A DNA stretch of 32,000 nt, taken from NCBI RefSeq assembly GCF_003966335.1, contig NZ_CP034549.1:780001-812000 (forward strand). The letters are read 5' to 3'. Each line of letters opens with the position of its first letter. The first letter of the stretch is position 1. Below the pieces are notes generated by a model. It had not been told where the DNA came from and searched no databases. It worked only from the letters and a program-made list of their open reading frames with translations. Source of the stretch: Nonlabens ponticola (lineage in GTDB: Bacteria > Bacteroidota > Bacteroidia > Flavobacteriales > Flavobacteriaceae). The position numbers were made by a program, and so were the translations under genes. Positions 18,137-27,634 of the stretch are shown in pieces.

Positions 18137-20035
18137 TCAATAAGCCCTTTCATCGTTACCCTCGTAAAAGTTGATAAAGGCGCGATTGACCACTCGATTA
18201 CCACCATCAGTAGGATAGTCGCCTGTGAAATACCAGTCACCTAGATTTTTAGGGCAAGCCTTGTGCAGATCTTCTACTGTTTGGTAGATGATTTCGACTT
18301 TGGCGTTGATGTCGTCGTCCGTAAGTAGTTCACCTATCTTATCGCTTATTTCTTCATCGGTGAACGGGTCGTATAATTCCTTGACATAATTAATAACGTC
18401 ACGATCTTCAAATTCTAGCTGCGATTTACATTTATTGTAAATTTCTTCCAGCACCTTACTAGTACCGCGATCCTCATGTAAAGCGAGTGCTGCTTGAAAT
18501 GCCACGAGACCTTCCAATCGCGCCATATCGATACCATAACAATCTGGATAACGTATTTGTGGTGCGCTGGACACGACTACAATTTTTTTAGGATTTAAGC
18601 GATCCATCATCTTTAAAATGGATTTTTTAAGTGTGGTACCTCGCACGATGGAATCGTCGATGATGACCAGATTGTCGCTGGATTTTACCACACCATAGGT
18701 CACGTCATAAACGTGTGCCACAAGATCATCACGCGATGAGTCTTCTGTGATGAAGGTTCTCAACTTGGCATCCTTGATCGCTATCTTTTCGGTTCTCAGC
18801 TTTCGCGAAAGCGTAACTTCCACCTGCTGCGCCGTGAGTTTTCCTTCACCTGCGAGAATGGCATCACGTTTTTGCTCATTAAGCACTTGATGTGCCGCCT
18901 CAATCATACCGTAAAACGAAGTCTCGGCCGTGTTAGGTATGTATGAGAATACGCTATTGTCGATATCGTGATCGATCTTTTCCATGATTTTAGGGAACAG
19001 TAGTTTCCCTAGCATCTTGCGTTCTTGGTAGATTTCTGCATCGCTACCGCGAGAAAAGTAGATGCGTTCAAAACTACAAGCCTTGCGTTCAAGCGGCTTG
19101 CTGATTTGTTCCAAACTTACTTTACCACTTTTCTTGATGATAATCGCCTTGCCTGGATCCAACTCATGTACCTCGTCAAACGGCGCGTTGAAGGCTGTCT
19201 GAATTACTGGTCGCTCACTAGCAACAACCACAACTTCATCATCTTGATAATAATAGGCTGGTCGTATGCCTGCAGGATCACGCAGTAAAAAGGCGTCGCC
19301 ATGTCCCATGAGGCCACCCATAGCATAGCCACCATCCCAATCGCGGGCACTTTTACGCAGCACTTTGGCAACGTCAAGCTGCTCGGCAATTTTTGGAGAG
19401 GCATCGATTTTGGTAAGGCCTTCTGCCTTAAATTTCTTGTAGAGTTTGCGCACTTCACGATCTTGAAAGTGACCTACTTTCTCCATGACGGTTACTGTGT
19501 CCGCCATGTCTTTAGGATGCTGACCTAATTCTACTAGCTTATTGAATAACTTGAACACATTAGTCATGTTAAAGTTACCAGCCATGATCAGGTTGCGGTG
19601 CATCCAGTTGTTTTGACGCAGAAATGGGTGAACTGACTCGATACTATTCTTACCAAAAGTCCCATAACGCACGTGACCCATGAGCAACTCACCTACATAA
19701 GGTATATGCTGTTTTTGGGCGGCGACATTATCCTTGAGCTCTGGTCGTGCCTGCATCTCATCATTGATACGCTCATTGATCTGTGCAAAAATATCTTGAA
19801 TAGGCTGCGCCTGATTGCTGCGCACTCTTGAGATGTATCGCTGGCCTGGCTTCACATCCAGCTTAATGCTGGCAAATCCAGCGCCGTCCTGACCACGGTT
19901 GTGCTGCTTCTCCATCATCAGGTACATTTTATTGATACCATAAAAAGCCGTACCGTATTTTTCTTTGTAAAATTCCAGCGGCTTGAGCAGTCGTATCAGG
20001 GCGATACCACATTCATGTTTCAATTGATCACTCAT
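18137..20035 (-). CDS. purF: Amidophosphoribosyltransferase (long Bacteroidota-type)
   Basis: 632 aa. N-terminal Ntn nucleophile context KHECGIALI and PRPP-binding loop LVIIDDSIVRGTT. Confidence 0.9.
   Translation of the reverse strand: MSDQLKHECGIALIRLLKPLEFYKEKYGTAFYGINKMYLMMEKQHNRGQDGAGFASIKLDVKPGQRYISRVRSNQAQPIQDIFAQINERINDEMQARPELKDNVAAQKQHIPYVGELLMGHVRYGTFGKNSIESVHPFLRQNNWMHRNLIMAGNFNMTNVFKLFNKLVELGQHPKDMADTVTVMEKVGHFQDREVRKLYKKFKAEGLTKIDASPKIAEQLDVAKVLRKSARDWDGGYAMGGLMGHGDAFLLRDPAGIRPAYYYQDDEVVVVASERPVIQTAFNAPFDEVHELDPGKAIIIKKSGKVSLEQISKPLERKACSFERIYFSRGSDAEIYQERKMLGKLLFPKIMEKIDHDIDNSVFSYIPNTAETSFYGMIEAAHQVLNEQKRDAILAGEGKLTAQQVEVTLSRKLRTEKIAIKDAKLRTFITEDSSRDDLVAHVYDVTYGVVKSSDNLVIIDDSIVRGTTLKKSILKMMDRLNPKKIVVVSSAPQIRYPDCYGIDMARLEGLVAFQAALALHEDRGTSKVLEEIYNKCKSQLEFEDRDVINYVKELYDPFTDEEISDKIGELLTDDDINAKVEIIYQTVEDLHKACPKNLGDWYFTGDYPTDGGNRVVNRAFINFYEGNDERAY
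18799..18812. repeat. Iterated palindrome GCTTTCGCGAAAGC, copy 6
   Basis: Exact match inside purF, read in the second frame as T-LSRK-L. Confidence 0.97.
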
Positions 20036-20058
20036 ATATTTGGGCAGCGATAGGGTTT

Positions 20059-20084
20059 AAAAAAAGCCCGAGATGATCCCGAGC
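20059..20084 (-). terminator. Rho-independent terminator downstream of the PfkB-kinase gene
   Basis: The minus-strand RNA GCUCGGGA-UCA-UCUCGGGC forms an 8-bp stem (two G:U pairs) followed by UUUUUUU. Confidence 0.6.
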
Positions 20085-20092
20085 TTGTTGTA

Positions 20093-21013
20093 TTAATTAG
20101 TAATCTCAAATTTTGTGAGCGACTTGAATTGCTCTAGGCGCTTATTGATCTCGTCGTTTGTGACAGTCTGCATTCTCTCGGTTCCAAATTTCTCTACCGC
20201 AAAACTGGCAAAGTTTGAACCGTAGATAATGGCTCTCTTCATGTTCTCAAAGCTGTAGTCCTTACTTGCAGCCAGGAATCCTGCAAATCCACCAGCAAAG
20301 GTGTCTCCAGCACCAGTAGGATCAAAAACTTCTTCCAGTGGCAATGCTGGCGCAAAGAAGATGTCTCCATCATGAAATAATAATGCACCGTGCTCACCTT
20401 TCTTGATGACTACATACTTAGGACCCATCTCGTGGATCTTTTTGGCAGCGGTCACAAGACTATATTCTCCTGATAGTTGTCGTGCCTCTTCATCATTGAT
20501 GGTTATGACATCAACCTTGGCGATGACTTCTTTAAGCATATCCAGCGCACTATCCATCCAGAAGTTCATGGTGTCCAGAATATGCAGGTCTGCATCTTTG
20601 GTCTGCTCGATAACGCCCAGTTGTACTGCTGGATGTAGGTTACCTAGCATCACCACGTTTGCATTTTTGAAATGATCTGGCACCACTGGATTAAAATCTG
20701 CAAGTACATTGAGCTCGGTTGCCAGTGTGTCGCGCGTATTCATGTCGTTATGGTACTTACCACTCCAGAAAAAGGTCTTACCATCTGCTACGATCTCAAT
20801 ACCTTCTATATTCATACCTCGATCTGTAAGCATGGTCAAATAATTCTCAGGAAAATCACCACCTACAACACTTACAAGACCTACTTCTGTATTAAAATGG
20901 GATGCCGCTAGACCAATAAAAGTTGCTGCACCACCTAGAATTTTATCTGTTTTACCAAAGGGTGTCTCTATCGCGTCAAACGCCACCGTACCTACTACTA
21001 CTAATTTACTCAT
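20093..21013 (-). CDS. PfkB/ribokinase-family sugar or nucleoside kinase
   Basis: DPTGAGDTFAGGF ATP-binding signature. I prefer the ATG at 21013 (MSKLVVVGTVAFD) over the TTG at 21034 used in the ORF track. Confidence 0.8.
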   Translation of the reverse strand: MSKLVVVGTVAFDAIETPFGKTDKILGGAATFIGLAASHFNTEVGLVSVVGGDFPENYLTMLTDRGMNIEGIEIVADGKTFFWSGKYHNDMNTRDTLATELNVLADFNPVVPDHFKNANVVMLGNLHPAVQLGVIEQTKDADLHILDTMNFWMDSALDMLKEVIAKVDVITINDEEARQLSGEYSLVTAAKKIHEMGPKYVVIKKGEHGALLFHDGDIFFAPALPLEEVFDPTGAGDTFAGGFAGFLAASKDYSFENMKRAIIYGSNFASFAVEKFGTERMQTVTNDEINKRLEQFKSLTKFEITN

Positions 21014-21135
21014 CAACGTGTTTTTGTAGCACAAAAATACTCAATTTACATGGCAATATGAGCGATGCCAATCACGGTACATTATAGCGTGATAGACAAG
21101 AATTTAAATGGATCTAGGTCTAGTCAAACTTTGAA

Positions 21136-21813
21136 TTATCGTCGAGCGTTTGTTGCAATCTTTTTCAATTCATCGCTCTCAATTCGTGACTTGGGATAGT
21201 CAGTATTGCTTATTTCAATCATGGCAACGGCTATTGTTTTAGGTTCAATGGTGCGGTATTTTTTAAGACCTCCAAAAAGCAGCGGATCAAATACTTTCTG
21301 CACCTTTTTCCAGGCTGCCTCAAACGGTCGCTTCTCATCGCGATCACCACCTATAAGCGCTGGCTGGACAAAATAGGCGTTCTTAAATCCTAGGTTTTCA
21401 ATGTCTCGCTCCATTTCACCTTTGCCCTTGTTATAGCGATAGCGGCTATCAGGATCTGCACCCATTGCAGATATTGCGGTAACCGTGTCCATTCCGCTTG
21501 CGAGTGCAGTTCTTGCGACTGTAAGTGGCAAGTCGTGCTCAATGCGGTAATACTCATCTGGGTCAGGAGTTTTGGCTTGCGTTGTGCCCGTACATATATA
21601 CAAATGATCTCCCTTAAGGTGCTGCGCGTATTGCAGTGGCTCAAATAGATCCACTTGATAATTCTCGTGTTTTGGGTGGTTGTTTTGAATTTGCTTTCGC
21701 GAAAGCGTAATAACTCCATCATACCTGCTATCATCCAGCAGCATATCTAGTAACGTTGATCCTACTAGTCCTGTTGCGCCGATTACTACGGCTGTTTTTT
21801 GCGCATTTTCCAT
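21136..21813 (-). CDS. NAD(P)H-binding Rossmann-fold oxidoreductase (atypical SDR, HTATIP2/YraR-like)
   Basis: 225 aa. N-terminal VIGATGLVGSTLL dinucleotide-binding motif. Confidence 0.7.
   Translation of the reverse strand: MENAQKTAVVIGATGLVGSTLLDMLLDDSRYDGVITLSRKQIQNNHPKHENYQVDLFEPLQYAQHLKGDHLYICTGTTQAKTPDPDEYYRIEHDLPLTVARTALASGMDTVTAISAMGADPDSRYRYNKGKGEMERDIENLGFKNAYFVQPALIGGDRDEKRPFEAAWKKVQKVFDPLLFGGLKKYRTIEPKTIAVAMIEISNTDYPKSRIESDELKKIATNARR
21693..21706. repeat. Iterated palindrome GCTTTCGCGAAAGC, copy 7
   Basis: Exact match inside the NAD(P)H-binding protein gene, read as T-LSRK-Q. Confidence 0.97.
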
Positions 21814-21902
21814 GTTTTAAAAGTAATCAGAGCACAGGTTACATTGTCTTAGTACCATGCTAATTGATACCAAAAGATGCGACGGTTGACTTAATTTTGA
21901 GC

Positions 21903-22991
21903 ATGGAATGGGATGGCCGCAAGATAATTCATGTAGATATGGATGCTTTTTATGCGTCTGTAGAGCAGCTGGACAATCCAGAATTGAAAGGTAAACCGCT
22001 TGCGGTAGGCGGTAGCAGCAAACGTGGCGTGGTAGCTGCTGCTAGTTATGAAGCCCGCAAATATGGCGTGCGCAGTGCGATGCCCAGCGTGACCGCAGCT
22101 AGATTGTGTCCAGATTTGATTTTTGTAAAAGCTAGGTTTGATCGGTATCGAGAGGTCTCGCAGCAAATACGGGACATATTTCTGGATTATACAGATCTGG
22201 TAGAGCCATTATCGCTAGATGAAGCCTATCTGGATGTTACCCAAAACAAGCTGGATTATCCCAGCGCGACCATCATTGCCTATGACATAAGGCGCAGGAT
22301 TTATGAAACGACTGGTTTAACTGCAAGCGCTGGTATCTCCATCAATAAATTTATCGCCAAAGTCGCCAGCGATTACAACAAACCCAATGGCCAAAAAACC
22401 ATCACGCCAGATGAGGTGTTGCCATTTCTTGAAGCACTGGAAATCCGCAAGTTTCATGGAATCGGTAAAGTCACCGCTCAAAAAATGTATCAACACGGTA
22501 TTTTCACGGGTGCCGATTTGAAAGGCAAGTCCCTAGAATTCCTAGCCGAACACTATGGCAAGAGTGGCGCACATTATTATAACATCGTGCGTGGTATTCA
22601 CAAAAGTACCGTCAAGCCAGACCGTATACGCAAGTCACTGGGCGCAGAGCGCACCTTTAGCGACAACATATCCAGTGAGGTTTTCATGATGGAACGCCTG
22701 GACCAGATCGCTGAGGAAATCGAGAAACGATCTGCTAAAAGCGATGTCGCTGGAAAAACAGTCACGCTTAAAATCAAATACAGCGATTTTAAAACTCAAA
22801 CACGCAGTCGCACGGTAGATCATTATGTCAACAAAAAGGATGACATCCTTAAAATCGCCCAAGACCTAGTAGGCCAAGAAAAATTTAGAGAAAGCGTTCG
22901 ATTATTAGGCTTGTCCTTAAGTAATCTAAATACCGAGGATAAACTCCAAGATGAAGAACCCGTTGAGGTGCAGCTAGAGTTTGAGTTTTAA
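21903..22991 (+). CDS. dinB: DNA polymerase IV (Y-family translesion polymerase)
   Basis: KIIHVDMDAFYASVE and SLDEAYLDVT catalytic motifs. I prefer the ATG at 21903 (MEWDGRKIIHVD) to the TTG at 21864 used in the ORF track. Confidence 0.92.
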   Translation: MEWDGRKIIHVDMDAFYASVEQLDNPELKGKPLAVGGSSKRGVVAAASYEARKYGVRSAMPSVTAARLCPDLIFVKARFDRYREVSQQIRDIFLDYTDLVEPLSLDEAYLDVTQNKLDYPSATIIAYDIRRRIYETTGLTASAGISINKFIAKVASDYNKPNGQKTITPDEVLPFLEALEIRKFHGIGKVTAQKMYQHGIFTGADLKGKSLEFLAEHYGKSGAHYYNIVRGIHKSTVKPDRIRKSLGAERTFSDNISSEVFMMERLDQIAEEIEKRSAKSDVAGKTVTLKIKYSDFKTQTRSRTVDHYVNKKDDILKIAQDLVGQEKFRESVRLLGLSLSNLNTEDKLQDEEPVEVQLEFEF

Positions 22992-23060
22992 GATTAGCCG
23001 CTCTGATAAATTCTGAATAATCTGTTCTCCAAAAGACAAGTTTCAGAATCATTTTTACAA

Positions 23061-23156
23061 CTTCTAATCTTCTAATCTTCTAATCTTCTAATCTTCTAAT
23101 CTTCTAATCTTCTAATCTTCTAATCTTCTAATCATCTAATCAACTAATCAACTAAT
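23061..23156. repeat. Octanucleotide tandem array: (CTTCTAAT)x9 perfect, then CATCTAAT, CAACTAAT, CAACTAAT
   Basis: Read directly from the sequence. Nine perfect units span 23061-23132 and three degenerate units span 23133-23156. The array runs into the pyk stop codon at 23160-23162. Confidence 0.95.
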
Positions 23157-23159
23157 CAA

Positions 23160-24587
23160 TTACTCAATCTCACTCACACGCAATGTATTCACCATTCCTT
23201 TATCGGTCACTGGCATGGCTGCGAGGTTGATAAGGAATTCGCCTTTCTCAACGTAACCGTGATCTTTTGCAAACTTGTTCACATCATCAATAGTCTCGTC
23301 TGTACTTACAAAACGATCATAATTGAATGCTTGAACACCCCATAAAAGACTCAACTGCGTCAATATCCGTTGGTTGCTAGTAAAGGTCAAGATATGCGCC
23401 GCTGGTCTCCACGCACTTATCTGGAAAGCCGTATAACCAGAGTTCGTCATGGTTGTGATAGCTTTTGCGCTTATTTCATCAGCCATTTTGGCGGCGTGAT
23501 AGCAAATGGATTTTGTGATGTAGCGTTTTGTCTTGATGTGCGGTGCATCGTGAGGGACACTTATCAGCTCGCTATCCTCAACACTGCGACAGATACTTGC
23601 CATCTTCTCAATCACCTGCACAGGATATTGTCCAACGGATGTCTCACCAGAAAGCATCACCGCATCAGCGCCATCCATGACGCTGTTGGCCACATCATTC
23701 ACTTCAGCACGAGTAGGCGTGAGACTCGTAATCATGGTCTCCATCATTTGTGTTGCGATGATTACAGGAATACGAGCTTTCTTTGCTTTGAGTACTAACT
23801 GCTTTTGAATCAATGGTACTTCATGTGCAGGAATTTCCACACCTAGATCACCACGTGCCACCATCAAACCATCACAATAGGCAACAATCTTATCGATGTT
23901 TTGTACCGCTTCTGGCTTCTCGATTTTTGCAACGATCGGAATCTTATTTTCAGAATGTTCCTTGATTAGGTCTTGCAGTTCGATCAAATCACGGCTGTGA
24001 CGTACAAAGGATAATGCCATCCAGTCTACCTGTAATTCACAGGCAAACTTTGCATCCACGATGTCTTTTTCAGTCAATGCTGGTAATGAGACATTGGTTT
24101 GCGGCAGGTTCACACCTTTTTTGGAACGCAGTGGTCCACCTTGAATGACTTTGGTCAGTACGTTTGACTCACCATCGGACTTTACCACTTCAAAGATCAA
24201 TTTACCGTCGTCTAACAAGATGCGCTCGCCAGCCTGAACATCCTGCGGGAATTGATCATAATTCATATAAACGCGAGAAGCGGTACCTTTAAAGGGCTCA
24301 CCAGTTGAGAATGTGATTTCGTCGCCTGGTTGCACAACTACTTCATCCTTCATGACGCCTACACGCAACTTTGGGCCTTGTAGATCACCTAAAATACCTG
24401 TAGCAAATCCATGTTCTTTATTCAAATCACGTATCATTTGAACGCGCTCACGCACGGCGTTGTGATCTGCATGAGAGAAGTTGATACGGAAAACGTTGAC
24501 ACCAGCCTTTATCATGTCCAGCAAAACTTCTTTTTTAGAAGTAGCAGGTCCTAGTGTGGCAACGATTTTAGTCTTTTTTGTATTCAT
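23160..24587 (-). CDS. pyk: Pyruvate kinase
   Basis: 475 aa. KIVATLGPAT, NFSHADH and MVARGDLGVEIP motifs. Confidence 0.95.
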   Translation of the reverse strand: MNTKKTKIVATLGPATSKKEVLLDMIKAGVNVFRINFSHADHNAVRERVQMIRDLNKEHGFATGILGDLQGPKLRVGVMKDEVVVQPGDEITFSTGEPFKGTASRVYMNYDQFPQDVQAGERILLDDGKLIFEVVKSDGESNVLTKVIQGGPLRSKKGVNLPQTNVSLPALTEKDIVDAKFACELQVDWMALSFVRHSRDLIELQDLIKEHSENKIPIVAKIEKPEAVQNIDKIVAYCDGLMVARGDLGVEIPAHEVPLIQKQLVLKAKKARIPVIIATQMMETMITSLTPTRAEVNDVANSVMDGADAVMLSGETSVGQYPVQVIEKMASICRSVEDSELISVPHDAPHIKTKRYITKSICYHAAKMADEISAKAITTMTNSGYTAFQISAWRPAAHILTFTSNQRILTQLSLLWGVQAFNYDRFVSTDETIDDVNKFAKDHGYVEKGEFLINLAAMPVTDKGMVNTLRVSEIE

Positions 24588-25076
24588 TTATTCAAATATT
24601 AGGTGGTCAGCATTCTTAATAGACATGGTGTCTAGTTGATAAACTGAAATTACTTGGGGTATTTCTATAAGTCGGTTCAATATATTCTTTACTGGGTACT
24701 CTTCTGGATCTTTCTCGATTTTTAAGAGATAATCCACATTACGGTATTCTCTTATAAGCGTTGTCTTGACCTCAGTCGTTTGTTCATTGTCGAACAAACT
24801 ACCAGTACTAACAATAGCCTTTACAGAAGCTCGCGTCATATTAGGAACAAGATAATGATCTACATGATGTTCTTGATCCTGAAACTTGTACACAGGAAAA
24901 CTCGCGATGTAATCCTTGAAGTTTACGTCTTGATCACGTTCTTCTCTTGAAAAGTTCATGGTCAAATAGCGATTGATCATGTAGGCCATGCGATAGGATT
25001 CAATGGTAGAATGAATACCTATAAGTATAAATTCATCTTCTTCAATTGTCCAATCTGCTAGTTTATATGTAGTCAT
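24588..25076 (-). CDS. IPExxxVDY-family protein of unknown function (motif variant IREYRNVDY)
   Basis: 162 aa. Contains LIREYRNVDYLL, matching the family-name motif with a P-to-R change. Sits in the typical Bacteroidota position between rnc and pyk. The family is recalled from memory and has not been searched. Confidence 0.6.
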   Translation of the reverse strand: MTTYKLADWTIEEDEFILIGIHSTIESYRMAYMINRYLTMNFSREERDQDVNFKDYIASFPVYKFQDQEHHVDHYLVPNMTRASVKAIVSTGSLFDNEQTTEVKTTLIREYRNVDYLLKIEKDPEEYPVKNILNRLIEIPQVISVYQLDTMSIKNADHLIFE

Positions 25077-25086
25077 CGCTAGCTCA

Positions 25087-25094
25087 CAAATGTA
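25087..25094 (-). promoter_or_regulatory. Candidate -7 promoter box (TACATTTG on the minus strand) for the IPExxxVDY/pyk unit
   Basis: Matches TAnnTTTG, 10 nt upstream of the ATG at 25076. Confidence 0.3.
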
Positions 25095-25187
25095 GATGAC
25101 AATCTACAATTTTAGGTTCTGTATCTTTCAGTTATAGGGTCGTATTTTACGAAATCGTTAAAGTAGCTATGGGATCTTGAGAATTCC

Positions 25188-25201
25188 GCTTTCGCGAAAG
25201 C
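25188..25201. repeat. Iterated palindrome GCTTTCGCGAAAGC, copy 8
   Basis: Exact match. Intergenic, between the rnc stop and the IPExxxVDY start. Shares the 24-mer TGAGAATTCCGCTTTCGCGAAAGC (25178-25201) with copy 10. Confidence 0.97.
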
Positions 25202-25241
25202 AAAAACAACAACAAACATCCAGTCATTGGATAGATGATCT

Positions 25242-25979
25242 TTACATCTTATCCTGCAAAGCAAAATAGGCGCGCTTGCTAGCTTTTTCTTCGGCTTTTT
25301 TCTTTGAGGTAGCTCTTGCTCTGGCTACAATACGATCATCAATCTTGAGTCGCACTGCAAAATGTCGTACCTCATTCACGCCAGTATCTTCATAGGTATT
25401 GAAGTCAAAGATCTTCTTGTTTTTCTGGCACCATTCAATAAAAATACTCTTATAAGAAATAACCTTGCCTTCCAGTTTCTCAATGTCCACGTAGGTATCC
25501 ACAACACGTTTACATATAAACCGCTTAGTCAATTTATAACCTTTATCTAGGTACAGAGCGCCTACTAGCGCTTCAAATAAATTACCGTGAATGTTGTTCC
25601 CAAAATGCTTTTGCGGCACTTGCGTCATCGCAAAACTGAGTAATCCAAAATCTTGTCCCAACTCATTCAAATGCTCACGGCTCACAATTTTTGAACGCAT
25701 TTTAGTCAGATAGCCTTCATCGCCTTGTGGTACTTCGTTATAAATATATTCTGCAATGACGGCACTTAAGATGGCATCGCCTAAAAATTCCAGACGCTCA
25801 TAGCTCACCACATGGCCTTTTTCATTTTTAAGACCCATGGATTTATGGGTAAAAGCCGTTTGATATATAGTAAGATCTTTGGGTTTATACCCTGTAAGTC
25901 TTTTAATGGCTTGGTCTAGAGATTCAGTCGTTGTAGCTTGTGACTTGCTGGATGTAAAGAAAGACCTGAATCTATTCAT
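25242..25979 (-). CDS. rnc: Ribonuclease III
   Basis: 245 aa. ERLEFLGDAIL catalytic signature and a C-terminal dsRBD-like region. Confidence 0.92.
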   Translation of the reverse strand: MNRFRSFFTSSKSQATTTESLDQAIKRLTGYKPKDLTIYQTAFTHKSMGLKNEKGHVVSYERLEFLGDAILSAVIAEYIYNEVPQGDEGYLTKMRSKIVSREHLNELGQDFGLLSFAMTQVPQKHFGNNIHGNLFEALVGALYLDKGYKLTKRFICKRVVDTYVDIEKLEGKVISYKSIFIEWCQKNKKIFDFNTYEDTGVNEVRHFAVRLKIDDRIVARARATSKKKAEEKASKRAYFALQDKM

Positions 25980-25993
25980 AGAATCAGGAGCTA

Positions 25994-27241
25994 TCAGATT
26001 TTCTTGAAAGCGATACAGCAGTTATGTCCGCCAAAACCGAAAGTGTTGCTCAAGGCAATATTGACTTCACGTTCTTCAGCCTCATTGAGCACTAATTTGA
26101 GAGAAGAGTCAATGTTCTCATCTACGGTAGTATGGTTAATGGTAGGTGGTATCAAATTTTCATTGATGGCCATCACACTTGCAATGGATTCAATGGCTCC
26201 AGCGGCACCTAGTAAGTGGCCTGTCATGGATTTTGTAGAATTGATACTTATGTTGGGCGCATGATCGCCAAAGACGGCCTTGATCGCCTTAAGTTCTGCA
26301 ACGTCACCTAGTGGTGTTGATGTACCGTGAGTATTGATGTGGTCCACATCTTCTGGATTGATACCAGCGTTCTCAAGAGTATTCTTCATCACGGCAATAA
26401 CTCCTTTTCCTTCAGGATCTGGAGCAGTAATGTGGTAGGCATCGCTAGAGAATCCACCACCTATGACCTCTGCATAGATTTTGGCTCCACGAGCTTTTGC
26501 ATATTCATAATCTTCTAATACGAGAGCGCCTGCGCCTTCACCCAATACAAATCCATCACGAGTCGCGTCAAATGGGCGACTGGCAGTTTCTGGACTTTCA
26601 TTGCGAGTTGATAGCGCATGCATGGCGTTAAAACCGCCCATACCCGCTTGTGTGACAGCAGCCTCGCTACCGCCGGTAATAATAACATCGCAGTGGCCTA
26701 ATCTTATGTAGTTTACAGCATCCAGCATCGCATTGGCGCTTGACGCACAGGCAGAAACTGTTGTATAATTAGGACCCATAAATCCATACTTGATAGAAAT
26801 GTGGGCTGGTGCAATGTCAGCAATCATTTTTGGGATAAAGAAAGGATTAAATCTAGGTGTGCCGTTGCCATTGGCAAAAGCCTTAACCTCATCCTGAAAC
26901 GTTTCTATACCGCCTATCCCAGCACCCCAGATTACACCGACTCTATTCTTGTCAATAGAGTCGGTATCTAATCCAGAGTCGGCAATCGCCTCATCACCGG
27001 CAACCACAGCGTACTGTGCAAACCTGTCCATGCGACGCGCCTCCTTACGGTCTATAAAATCATTGACATTGAAGTCCTTGATTTCACAAGCGAATTTTGT
27101 CTTGAAATGTTCTGTATCAAAATAGGTGATAGGAGCACAACCGCTTTTTCCACTTTTGAGTGCGTCCCAATATTCCTTTAGGTTATTACCTATAGGTGTT
27201 AGGGCGCCCATTCCTGTGATGACAACTCGCTTCAATTCCAT
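25994..27241 (-). CDS. fabF: Beta-ketoacyl-ACP synthase II
   Basis: 415 aa. Active-site SACASSANA, HGTSTPLGD and GHLLGAAG motifs. Confidence 0.95.
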   Translation of the reverse strand: MELKRVVITGMGALTPIGNNLKEYWDALKSGKSGCAPITYFDTEHFKTKFACEIKDFNVNDFIDRKEARRMDRFAQYAVVAGDEAIADSGLDTDSIDKNRVGVIWGAGIGGIETFQDEVKAFANGNGTPRFNPFFIPKMIADIAPAHISIKYGFMGPNYTTVSACASSANAMLDAVNYIRLGHCDVIITGGSEAAVTQAGMGGFNAMHALSTRNESPETASRPFDATRDGFVLGEGAGALVLEDYEYAKARGAKIYAEVIGGGFSSDAYHITAPDPEGKGVIAVMKNTLENAGINPEDVDHINTHGTSTPLGDVAELKAIKAVFGDHAPNISINSTKSMTGHLLGAAGAIESIASVMAINENLIPPTINHTTVDENIDSSLKLVLNEAEEREVNIALSNTFGFGGHNCCIAFKKI

Positions 27242-27254
27242 GTAATCTGTGGTA

Positions 27255-27491
27255 TTAAGCTTTGGCTTCTTCTATATATGAAACAGCTTGACCTACAGTA
27301 GCGATGTTTTCTGCTTGATCATCTGGGATCTGGATATCAAATTCCTTCTCAAATTCCATGATAAGCTCAACGGTATCTAGTGAGTCAGCACCTAGGTCGT
27401 TTGTGAAGCTAGCCTCAGTAACTACCTCGTTCTCGTCCACTCCTAGTTTATCCACGATAATCGCTTTAACTCTTGATGCAATGTCAGACAT
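27255..27491 (-). CDS. acpP: Acyl carrier protein
   Basis: 78 aa. Phosphopantetheine attachment motif [11 protein letters not shown]. Confidence 0.95.
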   Translation of the reverse strand: MSDIASRVKAIIVDKLGVDENEVVTEASFTNDLGADSLDTVELIMEFEKEFDIQIPDDQAENIATVGQAVSYIEEAKA

Positions 27492-27521
27492 AATAATCTA
27501 ATTTTAATTTTAAATGAATGG

Positions 27522-27529
27522 CAAAAATA
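27522..27529 (-). promoter_or_regulatory. Candidate -7 promoter box (TATTTTTG on the minus strand) for acpP-fabF-rnc
   Basis: Matches TAnnTTTG, 30 nt upstream of the acpP ATG. Confidence 0.35.
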
Positions 27530-27634
27530 ACAAACTTTGCGACATAACCACTTTTCTACTCTTTGAGTTATGAGACTGCCGTTATACAGTCCGTTTTTCT
27601 AGTCAAGTAGCTGTGTGTTACATTTATACACGAT

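Noticed and set aside
20093-21034. Longer N-terminal extensions suggested by the ORF track for the PfkB kinase (TTG at 21034), dinB (TTG at 21864) and the YeeZ-like protein (start at 30952)
   Set aside because: In each case an internal ATG sits immediately before the conserved N-terminal motif (MSKLVVVG, MEWDGRKIIHVD, MSNKTIGILGCGW). The extensions add non-conserved residues, so I preferred the shorter models. Start sites remain unverified.
23061-23156. The octamer array as a CRISPR or as a coding repeat
   Set aside because: The units are contiguous with no spacers, and 8 bp is far below CRISPR repeat length. The 8-bp period puts stops in all frames, so the array cannot be coding.
23234-23258. 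GGAATTCGCCTTTCTCAACGTAACC in pyk resembles the extended element GAATTCCGCTTTCGCGAAAGCATAACC. The encoded GYVEKGEF resembles GYAFAKAEF of copy 10.
   Set aside because: The central palindrome is absent. The peptide lies in a normal C-terminal segment of pyruvate kinase, and the resemblance is limited to the flanks. It is most likely coincidence.
23370-23798. 142-aa plus-strand ORF antisense to pyk. The same class includes 15122-15496 in the AddA-like gene, 28176-28586 antisense to purN/RNase H, 21390-21734 off-frame in the NAD(P)H-binding gene, and the other short nested ORFs in the track.
   Set aside because: All are embedded in CDSs with strong family signatures on the other strand or frame, and none has motifs or plausible start context. 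I treat them as shadow ORFs.
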